A stretch of 64,000 bases of DNA, from the IMG/VR virus record IMGVR_UViG_3300023174_000033, positions 62,001 to 126,000 of that record, one strand, 5' to 3'. This document shows positions 1-10,527 of the stretch, piece after piece. Within the stretch, counting starts at the first letter, position 1. Each line of letters opens with the position of its first letter. A program made the translations under genes and the position numbers. Under the pieces are notes generated by a model. It ran no database searches, was not told where the DNA came from, and saw only the letters and a program-made list of their open reading frames with translations.

Positions 1-1
1 A

Positions 2-2311
2 TTCAATATCAGTGTCGACGATGTTGTGGTAATAGTTGTAGAAGGCAGAATTATCATTATCAATATAATTGAATTCCGATAAATATATGTAAGTATTACT
101 GTAGTCAACTGGCTTTTCGGGTATAGACAGAATTTTACAACGCTTTACCACCGATCCAGCTTGAAATTGGGGTATACCAGAATTCGGATAAGATCTTTTA
201 TCGATGAAAGAATTCTCAAGACTACCAGCAAACGGGTTAGGTGTCCAATCACCAACGAACCAAAGATTTCTAATCACAGAGGCAGTTCCAACTCCACAAT
301 CTTTCATAATTTTATTACAAGAACCTATTTTCAGATTTTCAATTCTTATATTATCTAGTTTATTACTCGAAGAAGTGTAAACTTGGAAAGCCTCATCACA
401 AGAAATAGCCTCAATATCCTTATACCAACCACTTATATTGATGCTATTTGCACCCCCAACAAATGTGCTTTTGAAAAAATGTCCTGTGATTGATCCCGCT
501 TTTATCTTTTGATAGGTCCCATCAAATTTACCACTAGACACAAAACAATCACCGCTAACATTACCTACTTGAATATTTTCAAAAAAATTATCTGAAGAAT
601 CAAAAGATCCCGAAGTAAATACGTCACCCAGACAGTCTCCAAGCGTTATATTTCTAAATTTTCTTCCAATTATTTGATCTCCGAAAAATGCCTGTCCTGC
701 AATATTTCCGGTCTTCACATCATAAACATCACAATTTAGTTCTTGGTCTGCTACAAAAAAGTTAATACCTAGGTTATTAATATTAATATTCCTGAAACTA
801 CCCTCAATATTTCCAGCACTTGAATGAAAACAATAATTTCCAACATTTCCACCATAAATGTTAGAAGCGGTACAGGAGGTAAAAGCTTGAGTGTCACAAA
901 AATCATAACAACTCTCAAATATTAAATTTTCAATCTTTCCATATAAGCTTTCTGCCTTTATACAATTTGTTACATTACCAATTATTATATTTTGAACACC
1001 GATCCCCAAGTAAACAGTCGATTCTAAAAACGAATTAAAAGTACCAAGAAATTTAGAATCTTTAATTGTTGCTGTGGTGGTATCTGCCACAAAACAATTA
1101 GTATTCAATGTATTTATGTCACTGAACGTACCTATAATTGTGAGTGAGTTGAATATGGATAAGCTATCCACATTGATATTTTCAAAGACTCCAAGGATTG
1201 TACTCGGGCAATTTAAAACTGTACTACTACTAGATTGTAAAACTGTCAAATCTTGAATTTGCCCCGAAAAATAATTTACGGACAGTACTGATGAAGTTAT
1301 GTTTTTAAGGTTTATATTTTTTAAAGTTCCACTCATAGTATAAATTGAATAGAAAACATTTTCAGCTCCATCAACTTGAATATTTTCAAAGTATCCATCA
1401 TTAAGTCCAGTAATACCAGGTTCAAAAATAGTACTAACATTCTTGAATTTCATATTCTTAAACTTTCCAGTGATTATCCTTGATGAAAATATAGTTGTAT
1501 TGGAATTATTTATTTCGATGTTTTCGAAGGTTCCTATTAAACTAGCTATAGAGGAAAAAGAATCATAGGTCGATGTGGTTACTTCACCTATAAATATATT
1601 ACTAAAAGTTCCTGCAATTGTATTACCGCCGGTAAATAACGTATCGACACTTTTGGCACTAATGTTGGTGAATTTACCATCAATTGAAGTTTGAGCAAAA
1701 AAAGCATTCGCGCCATCTTCTATAATTATATTTGTATACTCACCCCTAATATCACTCCAAAAATTTGTTATATCGAATGTAATACCACCAAAAGCAACAT
1801 TTTTCCATCTAGGATAAGACTGATCAATTGCATAACAAGATCCGTCGCCTGGTAAATAAATGTTTTCCAATCCAAAATCAAAACCAGTACTATCTCTAAC
1901 AACTGGCCCACCTATGGTATTTCTCAAAACCGTGTGATATGGATTACTTGACAACCCGATGTAATCAGTGAACCCTACCGGAATTAATTCGCTTGTAGTG
2001 GTCGCAAAATCATATTCACCTGGCATAAGTAAAATAGAGTACCTGTTATCAACAGCTGGAGTGGATGTCCATAAGGAATTGATTATTCCATTTACATCCA
2101 AAAGACCTTGGGCGTTTTCGGTGGGTGTTCCAGTAGCACCCACGATATAATAATTATATCCACTATTTTTTAGGAAACTGAATGTTGGCCCAGGTAATTG
2201 GGATTCAATCCATTCAACGTTGCTTCCACTATATCCAAGTCCGAGGTTATCACTCCCAGTGTTACCTTGTATCTTAAATTGACCTTGTAAATCTATTAAA
2301 TCGTATCTCAT
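2..2311 (-). CDS. Large beta-solenoid repeat protein, paralog 3 (3' end runs off the window)
   Basis: Not in the ORF track because it has no stop in the window. ATG at 2311 reads MRYDLIDLQGQFKIQGNTG..., homologous to the starts of the two neighbouring ORFs. Frame is open where checked at both ends. Confidence 0.8.
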   Translation of the reverse strand, partial: MRYDLIDLQGQFKIQGNTGSDNLGLGYSGSNVEWIESQLPGPTFSFLKNSGYNYYIVGATGTPTENAQGLLDVNGIINSLWTSTPAVDNRYSILLMPGEYDFATTTSELIPVGFTDYIGLSSNPYHTVLRNTIGGPVVRDSTGFDFGLENIYLPGDGSCYAIDQSYPRWKNVAFGGITFDITNFWSDIRGEYTNIIIEDGANAFFAQTSIDGKFTNISAKSVDTLFTGGNTIAGTFSNIFIGEVTTSTYDSFSSIASLIGTFENIEINNSNTTIFSSRIITGKFKNMKFKNVSTIFEPGITGLNDGYFENIQVDGAENVFYSIYTMSGTLKNINLKNITSSVLSVNYFSGQIQDLTVLQSSSSTVLNCPSTILGVFENINVDSLSIFNSLTIIGTFSDINTLNTNCFVADTTTATIKDSKFLGTFNSFLESTVYLGIGVQNIIIGNVTNCIKAESLYGKIENLIFESCYDFCDTQAFTSCTASNIYGGNVGNYCFHSSAGNIEGSFRNININNLGINFFVADQELNCDVYDVKTGNIAGQAFFGDQIIGRKFRNITLGDCLGDVFTSGSFDSSDNFFENIQVGNVSGDCFVSSGKFDGTYQKIKAGSITGHFFKSTFVGGANSINISGWYKDIEAISCDEAFQVYTSSSNKLDNIRIENLKIGSCNKIMKDCGVGTASVIRNLWFVGDWTPNPFAGSLENSFIDKRSYPNSGIPQFQAGSVVKRCKILSIPEKPVDYSNTYIYLSEFNYIDNDNSAFYNYYHNIVDTDIE

Positions 2312-2316
2312 TGTAA

Positions 2317-4698
2317 TTAATATTTTGGTTCTGACCTGACTGCACTAGAAATAATGTTTTTATCCCCATCAATTAAATTTCTTATTTGTGGATCAATTGC
2401 CCGATTTGATATTAGAAAAGAGATTTTTGAGTTTATAAATGCGACAGTTGCAATACTATATTGACCAGCATCAGCAATAAATCTACATCTATCAATAATC
2501 GCATAATTGTTTATTAGTATAGCAGGTTGCGCAAGACCAGTTGCGTTAATATAAGAATCAGAAATTTTACCGACAAAAAGGGTTGGTATATATGAAGCAG
2601 CGTTTATATTTTTAAAAGTCGCGTTTATCGCAGCATTAAATATTGTAGTAGCAGTACCTAAATATAAATTTTCATATCTACCACTCAAATTTGATGCATT
2701 AAAATACTCTATTCCTACTTCTTCACTGTAGATATAAATGTTGCTATAGGTTCCAGATATACTAAATGCGGATGAAAAAGCTTGTGCTGGAAGTGTATTA
2801 CTACCCCTAATTGTGAAATTATCAACTACCATGTCCATATTACCCCCACTAATGAAAAAAGCAGAATTAATCTTATCCACCACAACATTTGATATTTCAC
2901 CGTAAAGATTTCCACTGGCGTTAAATATACCGCGAGTATCATTAGATTTTACGTTTTTTACTTTAATATTCACATCACCAAAAGTATTAGAAAAAGGAGA
3001 ATTTACATAATTTTCAAATTCTATGTTAAAGAAATCACCAGATAACAATGTCCCATTTACAACACCAAAAGCTCTATTTCCTACATCCTTTATTATTATA
3101 TCACTATAGGTTCCACCCATAGTGGCATCCCCGGACGTGAAAAAAGCGTTAGTAACGACATTTTCTACAAAAATATTTCTGTAAATTCCATCTAAATATC
3201 CACCCTCACTAATCGCCGCGACAGTGATTAAATTCTTACAATCCTTCACATTAATATCGTTGAAATTTCCATTCAAAGTGAAGGTTGATTTGAAAACATC
3301 CAAATTGCTGCATGTTCCAATATTGATATTTCTGAAATTTCCTGAAATTTCACTACCCATAATTATACCACCCGAAACTGATAATAAAGATTTACTAACA
3401 GAAAAATTATTTACATCGATTTGAACAATATTTCCAGAAATGACATTTGGTTCACTTGATGGTCCACCGACCTCATCTACCGATATATCATTGAATGATG
3501 ACACTATATTACCAGTACTGGAAAAAAAAATTTTGCCAGTATCAACATATCCAAAATCCATTTTGCTAAAATTTCCAAGAATGTCTCCGTTATCAGTGTA
3601 GAATACTGATGAAGCTGATTTTACATTTACTCTGCTATAAGTCCCTTTAATGCTACCACCATAATTTAAAAAAACATTTCCCGTGGTAGTACCAATAGTA
3701 ATATCATTCACAACCATATCCAAATCTTTGTCAAGGGATGTAGTGAATAGATCGGAGGAAGAATCTCCGATAGTTATGTTTTCTAATTCTCCAAAAATAT
3801 TACCAAAAATTGACACAAAACTACTACTCAACAGACTTCCTATAGATAAATTTTTGATTTTCACATTTATTTGTTGACCAAAAGATAAGAAACGGTTGCC
3901 ATTCCCTACGTCAAAATTTTCAATGGAACCACTGAATGTAGATCCAGAAAACATACCAAAGAAGTCTCCACCTTTGAAATTACTGAATGTTCCTGAAAAT
4001 AATCCACCACATCCTAAAACCCTACCAACATTATTTTCAAATTTAATATCATCACAAATCAAGTCCATATCGTAATTTGATGTCAGGAAATTTGCATTTT
4101 CCTTGACAGTGATTTTGTTGAACAGTCCATTTAAATAATCAAATGAATTTGTATCATTATTTGGATCATAAAAGCAAGGACTATTGACAATTATGTTTCC
4201 CCATCTCAAATAGGTTGAGGCACTACCAAGAACTCCCAAAGTTGTACCACCGGTCAGTCCAAGGTTATATAAACCACTATCCACCCCCTCATAGTACTGA
4301 ATAGTGTAGGGAGCACTTGAGGCTTTTAAAGTTACAGAACTAGCAGCTGGACCCACACCAACCAAATCAACATAAGATAAAGAAAGACCAAGTGGTTCTG
4401 AATCGAAATCATAAATACCTGGGTTTATTAATATTGCAGCTCTACTTGTAGCAGATATACCAGATAGTGTTGAAGCTGAAGCATAAGCATTTCTCAAACT
4501 TTGACCACTAGCAGTGGCTGAATAAGTGAACGAATTACAAAGTATATAATTAGTACCATATACATTGAATCCTTCTATATTAGGGGATGCGTCTAACCAA
4601 AAAAGGCCACCACCACTGAGTCCCATGAATTGATTTTCACCACCAGTGAGTCCGTTTATTTTAAAATCCCCAAGTATATTTATTTCATCAAACCTCAT
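2317..4698 (-). CDS. Large beta-solenoid repeat protein, paralog 2 (putative virion/surface protein)
   Basis: 793 aa. MRFDEI..G.FKI.G N-terminus, a shared 'AY..A...S.T.R..ILI.PG.Y...YVD.VG' block, then ~22-aa G-x-F-x-N-I-x-I repeats. Confidence 0.7.
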   Translation of the reverse strand: MRFDEINILGDFKINGLTGGENQFMGLSGGGLFWLDASPNIEGFNVYGTNYILCNSFTYSATASGQSLRNAYASASTLSGISATSRAAILINPGIYDFDSEPLGLSLSYVDLVGVGPAASSVTLKASSAPYTIQYYEGVDSGLYNLGLTGGTTLGVLGSASTYLRWGNIIVNSPCFYDPNNDTNSFDYLNGLFNKITVKENANFLTSNYDMDLICDDIKFENNVGRVLGCGGLFSGTFSNFKGGDFFGMFSGSTFSGSIENFDVGNGNRFLSFGQQINVKIKNLSIGSLLSSSFVSIFGNIFGELENITIGDSSSDLFTTSLDKDLDMVVNDITIGTTTGNVFLNYGGSIKGTYSRVNVKSASSVFYTDNGDILGNFSKMDFGYVDTGKIFFSSTGNIVSSFNDISVDEVGGPSSEPNVISGNIVQIDVNNFSVSKSLLSVSGGIIMGSEISGNFRNINIGTCSNLDVFKSTFTLNGNFNDINVKDCKNLITVAAISEGGYLDGIYRNIFVENVVTNAFFTSGDATMGGTYSDIIIKDVGNRAFGVVNGTLLSGDFFNIEFENYVNSPFSNTFGDVNIKVKNVKSNDTRGIFNASGNLYGEISNVVVDKINSAFFISGGNMDMVVDNFTIRGSNTLPAQAFSSAFSISGTYSNIYIYSEEVGIEYFNASNLSGRYENLYLGTATTIFNAAINATFKNINAASYIPTLFVGKISDSYINATGLAQPAILINNYAIIDRCRFIADAGQYSIATVAFINSKISFLISNRAIDPQIRNLIDGDKNIISSAVRSEPKY

Positions 4699-4710
4699 AT
4701 CGTATTTATT

Positions 4711-7194
4711 TTACTTTGGTTGTGGTATTCCTATCACATTTATGCCGCCTGCACCTAAAATGGGTGTTATTCCTTGATTAGATGGAAATGACAATGGGTA
4801 GAGCTCGTTATAGGGAAGTGGAAATCCAATTCGGAGTCCACAATTTAGAATATGAACATTTTCTACATCAAAAGCATATATATTGAAAATATCACCATAA
4901 ACAAAATACGATGAGACAAAAGTTGGGATTTCTATGCTTCCATAATAATGAAAATCTGTATTTTCAATTAAGACGGGATATGTAAAATCAATCTCAAATG
5001 GTTCGTAATTGCTCTCAGAAATTTGGATATTGGGGTCGGACATGACACAATTGCTCATAACACCATTAAAAGGAACTCCAAATAGATTGTAATTTTTTAC
5101 GTTATCAAAAATAGTGCTATATGACATCGATGTAGCTTGGAAACTAGTATTCGACAAGGTGTTAGGAATGTATAAATCTTTGAATTTCCCAGAAATTTCA
5201 TTTGTTGTGGTAAATATATAATTCCAGTTATTTCCAATTCTTATATTACTAAATGTCCCACGTAAATTATCACTGGATGAAAAAATATTGTATCCACTAC
5301 CACTACCACAAATTATATCAGAAAATTCCCCATTTATATCGTAACCTTTGAACACATCATCCACCATCGAAGGATTGCAATATCCAAGTCTAATATTAGA
5401 AAATCTGCCCCTTAAAAAGTTACCAGCGGAAAAAACCGTACCGAACAACTCACCTTCTAAATATATCCTATCATAAGTTCCTTCAACATTATACTTGTTT
5501 GAGGTGAACGCTTTTGTGATAGTATTGGGACCACTCATATATGTTATGTTACTAGATGTGCAAATAACGTTTGAATCGGTGGAATTCATCAATTCGTTGG
5601 AATTAAATTGTAAATTATCTACAATACAAGATACGGTTTTACTAGCTACTAGAATTGAATAAGCAGTTAATTGTAAATTTTTGAAAGTTCCATAAATAAA
5701 ATCATTTGATGTAAAAAAACTACCAATCTGATCAGGTAAATTGGTATTTGATATATTTTCAAAAATTGCATCAATACCACCAGTACCTGGAAGGTAACTT
5801 GATGAAATAAAACATTGAGAGTTGTTCGCACAATTATTAAGTTCAATATTTTTAAAATTCCCAAGAATTTTACCATTTTGTGTTGTAAAACAATCAACTG
5901 ATACTGTGTTTATTTTTATATTTTCAAAATTTCCGGTTAAATTACCCCGTTGGACAACTGAAAATCCAGACAAAATTGATTCAATTTCAATATTTTTGAA
6001 ATTGCCAGATACAGTGCCAAAATTACCATTGTTTTTGAAAATAGAAGAAACGGTTCCGCCAGATAAATAAAAATTATTAATATTTACTCTAACATCATCA
6101 GAATTGAAAAGATCGAGGTTCCCCTCAAACTTGATTGAAACATTTGAAAAAGTTCCATATAAAGGGCGAAAAAAAGCTGTGAAAAATTGGTTTGGGTTAC
6201 CAATTTCAAAATTCATATTTTCCATATCAGCATTGAATGAAAAGGCGTTGAAAACGTAGTTGGAGTTTGGATTTTCAATTTTTACATTTTTCCAAACACC
6301 CTCGAGTCCCTTGGCCAAAAAGAAAATATTATTATTGGTTTTAATATCCAAATTTTCAAATGTTCCAGAAACAGTCCCATTTAAAACCGCAAATTGATAA
6401 TCTCCATTTAAAATCTTGAAATCGTATAAATTTATTTTACAATCGAAATCGGAGTTTAAAGCATGAAATAAAGTGTTGCCTCCAAGGTTTTCGAAAGTTA
6501 TGTTACTAAAAGTTCCTTGAATCATTCCGTTTGTCCCAGCGTTGAAACTTGCATAAGAAGTGCCTTCAAAATAAATATTCTCGAAAATAGCGTCTATTGA
6601 ATTCGTAGCGTTGCCAAAAGATCCTCCTGATAGAACTCTAATGTTTCTGAATTCTCCCCTTAAATCGGTTGATGCAAATGGCTGGTAGTTTACTATCAAA
6701 TTTTCACCGTAAACAAAATTTGACCCGGTATCAAAAACATTAAAATCTACAATAAAAAGATTTTTCAATTTGATTGAAGTTCCAGACAGAGTAATAATAC
6801 CAGAAATACTCGTTGATTTTTGATTTGAGCTTAATCCAACAATATCTATATAACTTTCACCGATTGTCATAGTTGGGATCTGGAAAAATCCAGGAGTCAG
6901 TAAAAATGTGTATCTATTTGTCTCAGACAAATTTAAAGTCGCGACTTCAGCAAGAAATGCATTGTAAGCATTTTGGAAGTTAATACCACTTGCACTTGAA
7001 TCACCACTGACAGATTCCACTATCCTGAAGTTCCCACCTATATTTTTTATAAGTGAATCAATCGCAGTTGGTGTGCTAGCAGTTACCCAAGAAACAATCC
7101 CATCTTTATATTGGATTAAATTCTTATTACCACCTTGAACACCTTGAATGGTCAATTTACCATCCAAATTTAAATCTATTTCATCATACCTCAT
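4711..7194 (-). CDS. Large beta-solenoid repeat protein, paralog 1 (putative virion/surface protein)
   Basis: 827 aa with the same architecture. TAATATATA motif just upstream. Confidence 0.7.
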   Translation of the reverse strand: MRYDEIDLNLDGKLTIQGVQGGNKNLIQYKDGIVSWVTASTPTAIDSLIKNIGGNFRIVESVSGDSSASGINFQNAYNAFLAEVATLNLSETNRYTFLLTPGFFQIPTMTIGESYIDIVGLSSNQKSTSISGIITLSGTSIKLKNLFIVDFNVFDTGSNFVYGENLIVNYQPFASTDLRGEFRNIRVLSGGSFGNATNSIDAIFENIYFEGTSYASFNAGTNGMIQGTFSNITFENLGGNTLFHALNSDFDCKINLYDFKILNGDYQFAVLNGTVSGTFENLDIKTNNNIFFLAKGLEGVWKNVKIENPNSNYVFNAFSFNADMENMNFEIGNPNQFFTAFFRPLYGTFSNVSIKFEGNLDLFNSDDVRVNINNFYLSGGTVSSIFKNNGNFGTVSGNFKNIEIESILSGFSVVQRGNLTGNFENIKINTVSVDCFTTQNGKILGNFKNIELNNCANNSQCFISSSYLPGTGGIDAIFENISNTNLPDQIGSFFTSNDFIYGTFKNLQLTAYSILVASKTVSCIVDNLQFNSNELMNSTDSNVICTSSNITYMSGPNTITKAFTSNKYNVEGTYDRIYLEGELFGTVFSAGNFLRGRFSNIRLGYCNPSMVDDVFKGYDINGEFSDIICGSGSGYNIFSSSDNLRGTFSNIRIGNNWNYIFTTTNEISGKFKDLYIPNTLSNTSFQATSMSYSTIFDNVKNYNLFGVPFNGVMSNCVMSDPNIQISESNYEPFEIDFTYPVLIENTDFHYYGSIEIPTFVSSYFVYGDIFNIYAFDVENVHILNCGLRIGFPLPYNELYPLSFPSNQGITPILGAGGINVIGIPQPK

Positions 7195-7234
7195 TTAAAT
7201 TAGATAAATTCCAATTTTAAGGTATATATTAAAT

Positions 7235-8158
7235 CTAGGTAATGCTGAAGTCTTTCAGGTATTTTCTCACAGCAATATCTTTTTGTTTACATTCCAATTC
7301 AATATCAAGTTCAAATCCACAGGAATCAAATGATTCGTATAAAAAATCCGCATGTGCTGATAAAATAACTTTATCATCTTCATGTAATTTTCTAGATGAA
7401 GAATGGTGACAGAGTGGTTTAGTTTTCCAAGTAGATAGACCAAGTTTCAAAGTGTCCTCCCAAGACATATTATCAGGATGACAACTATAATGTAAACTAT
7501 CAACGACTATGGGTATTCCAATTTTAGAATGGACTAGATCATATAACATCTTAACAGAATATTGAGAAGGTTTATCATCATTCTCAATTGTTAACCTGCA
7601 TTTAGTGGACTCTTTCAGTCTATGAAAGTTATCACAAAACCTATTAGCCGCATCGGTGTGTGATGGGGTTGTGACGTTCAGATGAATATTTATTGGGTAA
7701 TAAGTAGATTGTTCCAATCCCATAAGATCCATAAGTTCAGCGTGCTTGTCGAGTTCATCAATAGTTTTTGATACTACATCTTCTTTCTCACTACCAAGAA
7801 CACAAAAATGTGATGGGTGAAAAGATAATCTCATAGAATTTTGTTTCGCGAAATCCCCACAATCTTTCAGTAAAGATTTTATTATTTCAAATTTTGGCAG
7901 ATCTTCAATTTTATAGAACCCCAAACAAGGTAGCATGTCACTAGACATTCTATATACATGGATATTATTATCTAAATTCCATTCAAGGATTTTTTTCAAG
8001 TCTTTTATATTCTGTATAGCAAGTTCTGACACATATCCCAAACCCTTTGATTCAAAGGTTTTTTTCACCATACCTCTATTAACGGATATAAAATCTTTTT
8101 TTTTCTTTCCGATATTCACAGAAAGGTTTATGCAACAATAACCAATATTTTTTTTCAT
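7235..8158 (-). CDS. uvsE: UV-damage endonuclease (UvsE/UVDE family)
   Basis: GYCCIN, YRMSS, RLSFHPSHF, INIH, IENDDK, HAD, ELECKQKD motifs. Confidence 0.93.
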   Translation of the reverse strand: MKKNIGYCCINLSVNIGKKKKDFISVNRGMVKKTFESKGLGYVSELAIQNIKDLKKILEWNLDNNIHVYRMSSDMLPCLGFYKIEDLPKFEIIKSLLKDCGDFAKQNSMRLSFHPSHFCVLGSEKEDVVSKTIDELDKHAELMDLMGLEQSTYYPINIHLNVTTPSHTDAANRFCDNFHRLKESTKCRLTIENDDKPSQYSVKMLYDLVHSKIGIPIVVDSLHYSCHPDNMSWEDTLKLGLSTWKTKPLCHHSSSRKLHEDDKVILSAHADFLYESFDSCGFELDIELECKQKDIAVRKYLKDFSIT

Positions 8159-8337
8159 TTATACACAAAGATACACACTTTTATTTAATAAATATGTTAA
8201 AGTTAAAAATATTTTAAATAAAGTGAAAGAAATTCAGAGAAGTTTGTGAAATAAAATCAGTTAATATGTCTAAACTCATTCAAAAAATGATGGAAAAGTT
8301 CATACTGGAAAATAAAATTGAATAATAATATAAATAT

Positions 8338-8889
8338 TTATTGTTCCAAAATAGTTCTTTCCAATTTTATATCTCTGTTCAAAGCTCTCTCTGAAGTGAA
8401 CTTATCCCCAAATCTAGCTCTCAATTTATTGATATTACTTTCTAATATTTTCTCAATGTCTATTTTATTCAATAAACAAAATACACACATAGTCTCAAAA
8501 ATATAATTTACATTTTTGGATAATTTTTCAATATCAATTTGTTTGTTGTAGAATAGTTTCTTTTTCAAATGGTCAAGAGCGGAACAAGATGATTTGATAG
8601 TTTGTAGAATAAGTGTTTCGTTTTTCAATTGAAAGAAATTATTATCATTAAGCTTTGGTATTTGTAATTGTAGATTTAATTCTCTATCCAAAAGAGCTAT
8701 ATACCAAAACACATCAGCAACTTCTTCTTTTTTATTCACCTCATCATTCCAATCCATCAATTCTTCAAGTTCCGTCAATATTCCAACAACTCCGTGTAGT
8801 AGATTTTCGGTTTGTTTTCCACAATGGAATTCAGTGGATAGTGTTTTTTCAGATAATTCTTTGTAATCAGACCAGTTCATTTTACTCAT
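8338..8889 (-). CDS. MazG-like nucleotide pyrophosphohydrolase
   Basis: LLHGVVGILTELEEL...EEVADVFWY and NINKLRARFGDKF motifs. Confidence 0.75.
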   Translation of the reverse strand: MSKMNWSDYKELSEKTLSTEFHCGKQTENLLHGVVGILTELEELMDWNDEVNKKEEVADVFWYIALLDRELNLQLQIPKLNDNNFFQLKNETLILQTIKSSCSALDHLKKKLFYNKQIDIEKLSKNVNYIFETMCVFCLLNKIDIEKILESNINKLRARFGDKFTSERALNRDIKLERTILEQ

Positions 8890-9337
8890 GTTTAATTAAT
8901 ACATTCCTTATATTTATTGTGCCAAAAGTGAAAAAGTCTATTTTATTCCTAAATCTTTTGTGCATACAGTCATGTACAGTATAAATTCCTTTCAACTTTT
9001 TTGGGTGCACTACTTCAATTTCACTACCAAATGGATATTTTTTTAACAAATCCCTCGATAACGACACTAGGTTTTTGGTTTTTTTAGAAAGAAATGTCCC
9101 ATCGGCAGTGTGGAATGGTGAGTTGTCACACTGTCCCTTTGTAGGATTGTAGTAACTAGCATTTACTTTTTTTAGGTAGATTGTATCATGTATGTAGATT
9201 GTATCATAAATGATTCTGTCTGGTTTGTGAATTCTAGGTACTAAATAAACTTCTTTGGTAGGACCAACAAACATACATATTAGAAATCCACAACACAAAC
9301 ATAAAAATGGGTAAAGGTTTTGCTTTAAAAACCACAT
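8882..9337 (-). CDS. Membrane-anchored 3D-domain (double-psi beta-barrel) cell-wall-related protein
   Basis: N-terminal hydrophobic segment; ASYY...TADG...SRDLL...FGS...VHD...KIDFF. Confidence 0.65.
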   Translation of the reverse strand: MWFLKQNLYPFLCLCCGFLICMFVGPTKEVYLVPRIHKPDRIIYDTIYIHDTIYLKKVNASYYNPTKGQCDNSPFHTADGTFLSKKTKNLVSLSRDLLKKYPFGSEIEVVHPKKLKGIYTVHDCMHKRFRNKIDFFTFGTINIRNVLIKHE

Positions 9338-9410
9338 AATTTACATTTATTTTTTTTTCAATCATAATATAGATTGATATTTATATTACGAGAAAAATAT
9401 ATATAGTTTT

Positions 9411-9995
9411 ATGGAACATTTAAAAGTCTTTAAATTTGGGGAATTTAGTATTAACGAAAACATCAAAGATGTGCCTGAAAAGTATGTTGAAAACGTATTG
9501 AGAAAACTCAAAAATAGGTTTGAAGAAATGTTCGCTTATGATGTTGTTGACCAAGGAAAAATAAAAAAATTCGGAGAAAAAAGTAAAGAAGGTGGTGAAA
9601 CTATTTCATTCAAAGATTTAAATTTAGAATTGCAAAGTATTGAACTATCAAAATATTCAAAACTTTATGACAATCTCAAAATTAAATTTTCCGATGAGCA
9701 GTTTTTATATGACTTGACCGTTACAATTGATTTAGCAGATGCAGCCAAAACTGAAGAAGGTGAGGAAGAAAAAGATTTTGAACCTGAAGATATTGAAACT
9801 TGTCAGATTAGATTTAAAAAATATGATACTGATAATTTTGATTTAAAAGGTGAACTCATAAAAACTGTTAAAGTGAAAGACGTTGATGAGGATTTATTAG
9901 TTGAATTGAAACTCAAATTAGATGAAGAATATGGTGGTGAAGAAGAGGAATTTGAGATTGAAGTTGAGGAAGGGGAGGAAGAGGAGCCAGAATAA
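9411..9995 (+). CDS. Hypothetical acidic protein (possible internal virion protein)
   Basis: MEHLKVFKFGEFSINE N-terminus, Glu-rich tail, TATATA motif upstream. Confidence 0.6.
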   Translation: MEHLKVFKFGEFSINENIKDVPEKYVENVLRKLKNRFEEMFAYDVVDQGKIKKFGEKSKEGGETISFKDLNLELQSIELSKYSKLYDNLKIKFSDEQFLYDLTVTIDLADAAKTEEGEEEKDFEPEDIETCQIRFKKYDTDNFDLKGELIKTVKVKDVDEDLLVELKLKLDEEYGGEEEEFEIEVEEGEEEEPE

Positions 9996-10003
9996 ATAGT
10001 TCT

Positions 10004-10504
10004 ATGGAATACAACATAGTAACAAATTTTAGGATAAACACCATTTTCAAACAAAAAAGTAAATATTACCGAGTAACTCTTGGTTATACCGCTACCCAAG
10101 AAGCAAATGGTGGTGAAAGAAACTTTAATAAAAAAGATGAGTTCGCTTACTTTTATAATACCAGATATAGAACTACAATACAATGTCAAGGTAAAATAGG
10201 TAATATAAAATTCTATACAGACCATTACATCACACAACCTCAACTAGCTTTCTATTTTGATAAAGAGGAATACATTTTTGATTTTGATGAAGATATAGTA
10301 AACAACAAAGGGGTTGATTTTTATCTCGGACATTTGATTAAAACTATTGAAACCGAACAAAAGGAATCTGAAGATAAGGTAACTGAAGAATCGCCAATTG
10401 ATGAATCAAATCCAAAATTAGTAGCATTCAACCCTGGATCCGTAAAATATACAGATTTAAAAGCTTACCTAGACCAGAAAAATGCCAATAGATTAAATAT
10501 TTAA
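10004..10504 (+). CDS. Hypothetical protein
   Basis: 166-aa ORF with operon-like spacing. Confidence 0.6.
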   Translation: MEYNIVTNFRINTIFKQKSKYYRVTLGYTATQEANGGERNFNKKDEFAYFYNTRYRTTIQCQGKIGNIKFYTDHYITQPQLAFYFDKEEYIFDFDEDIVNNKGVDFYLGHLIKTIETEQKESEDKVTEESPIDESNPKLVAFNPGSVKYTDLKAYLDQKNANRLNI

Positions 10505-10527
10505 TTTTACACTAAAATATATAATGT

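Noticed and set aside
161-6070. Short plus-strand ORFs opposite the beta-solenoid genes
   Set aside because: Antisense to long coding frames, short, with no recognisable motifs.
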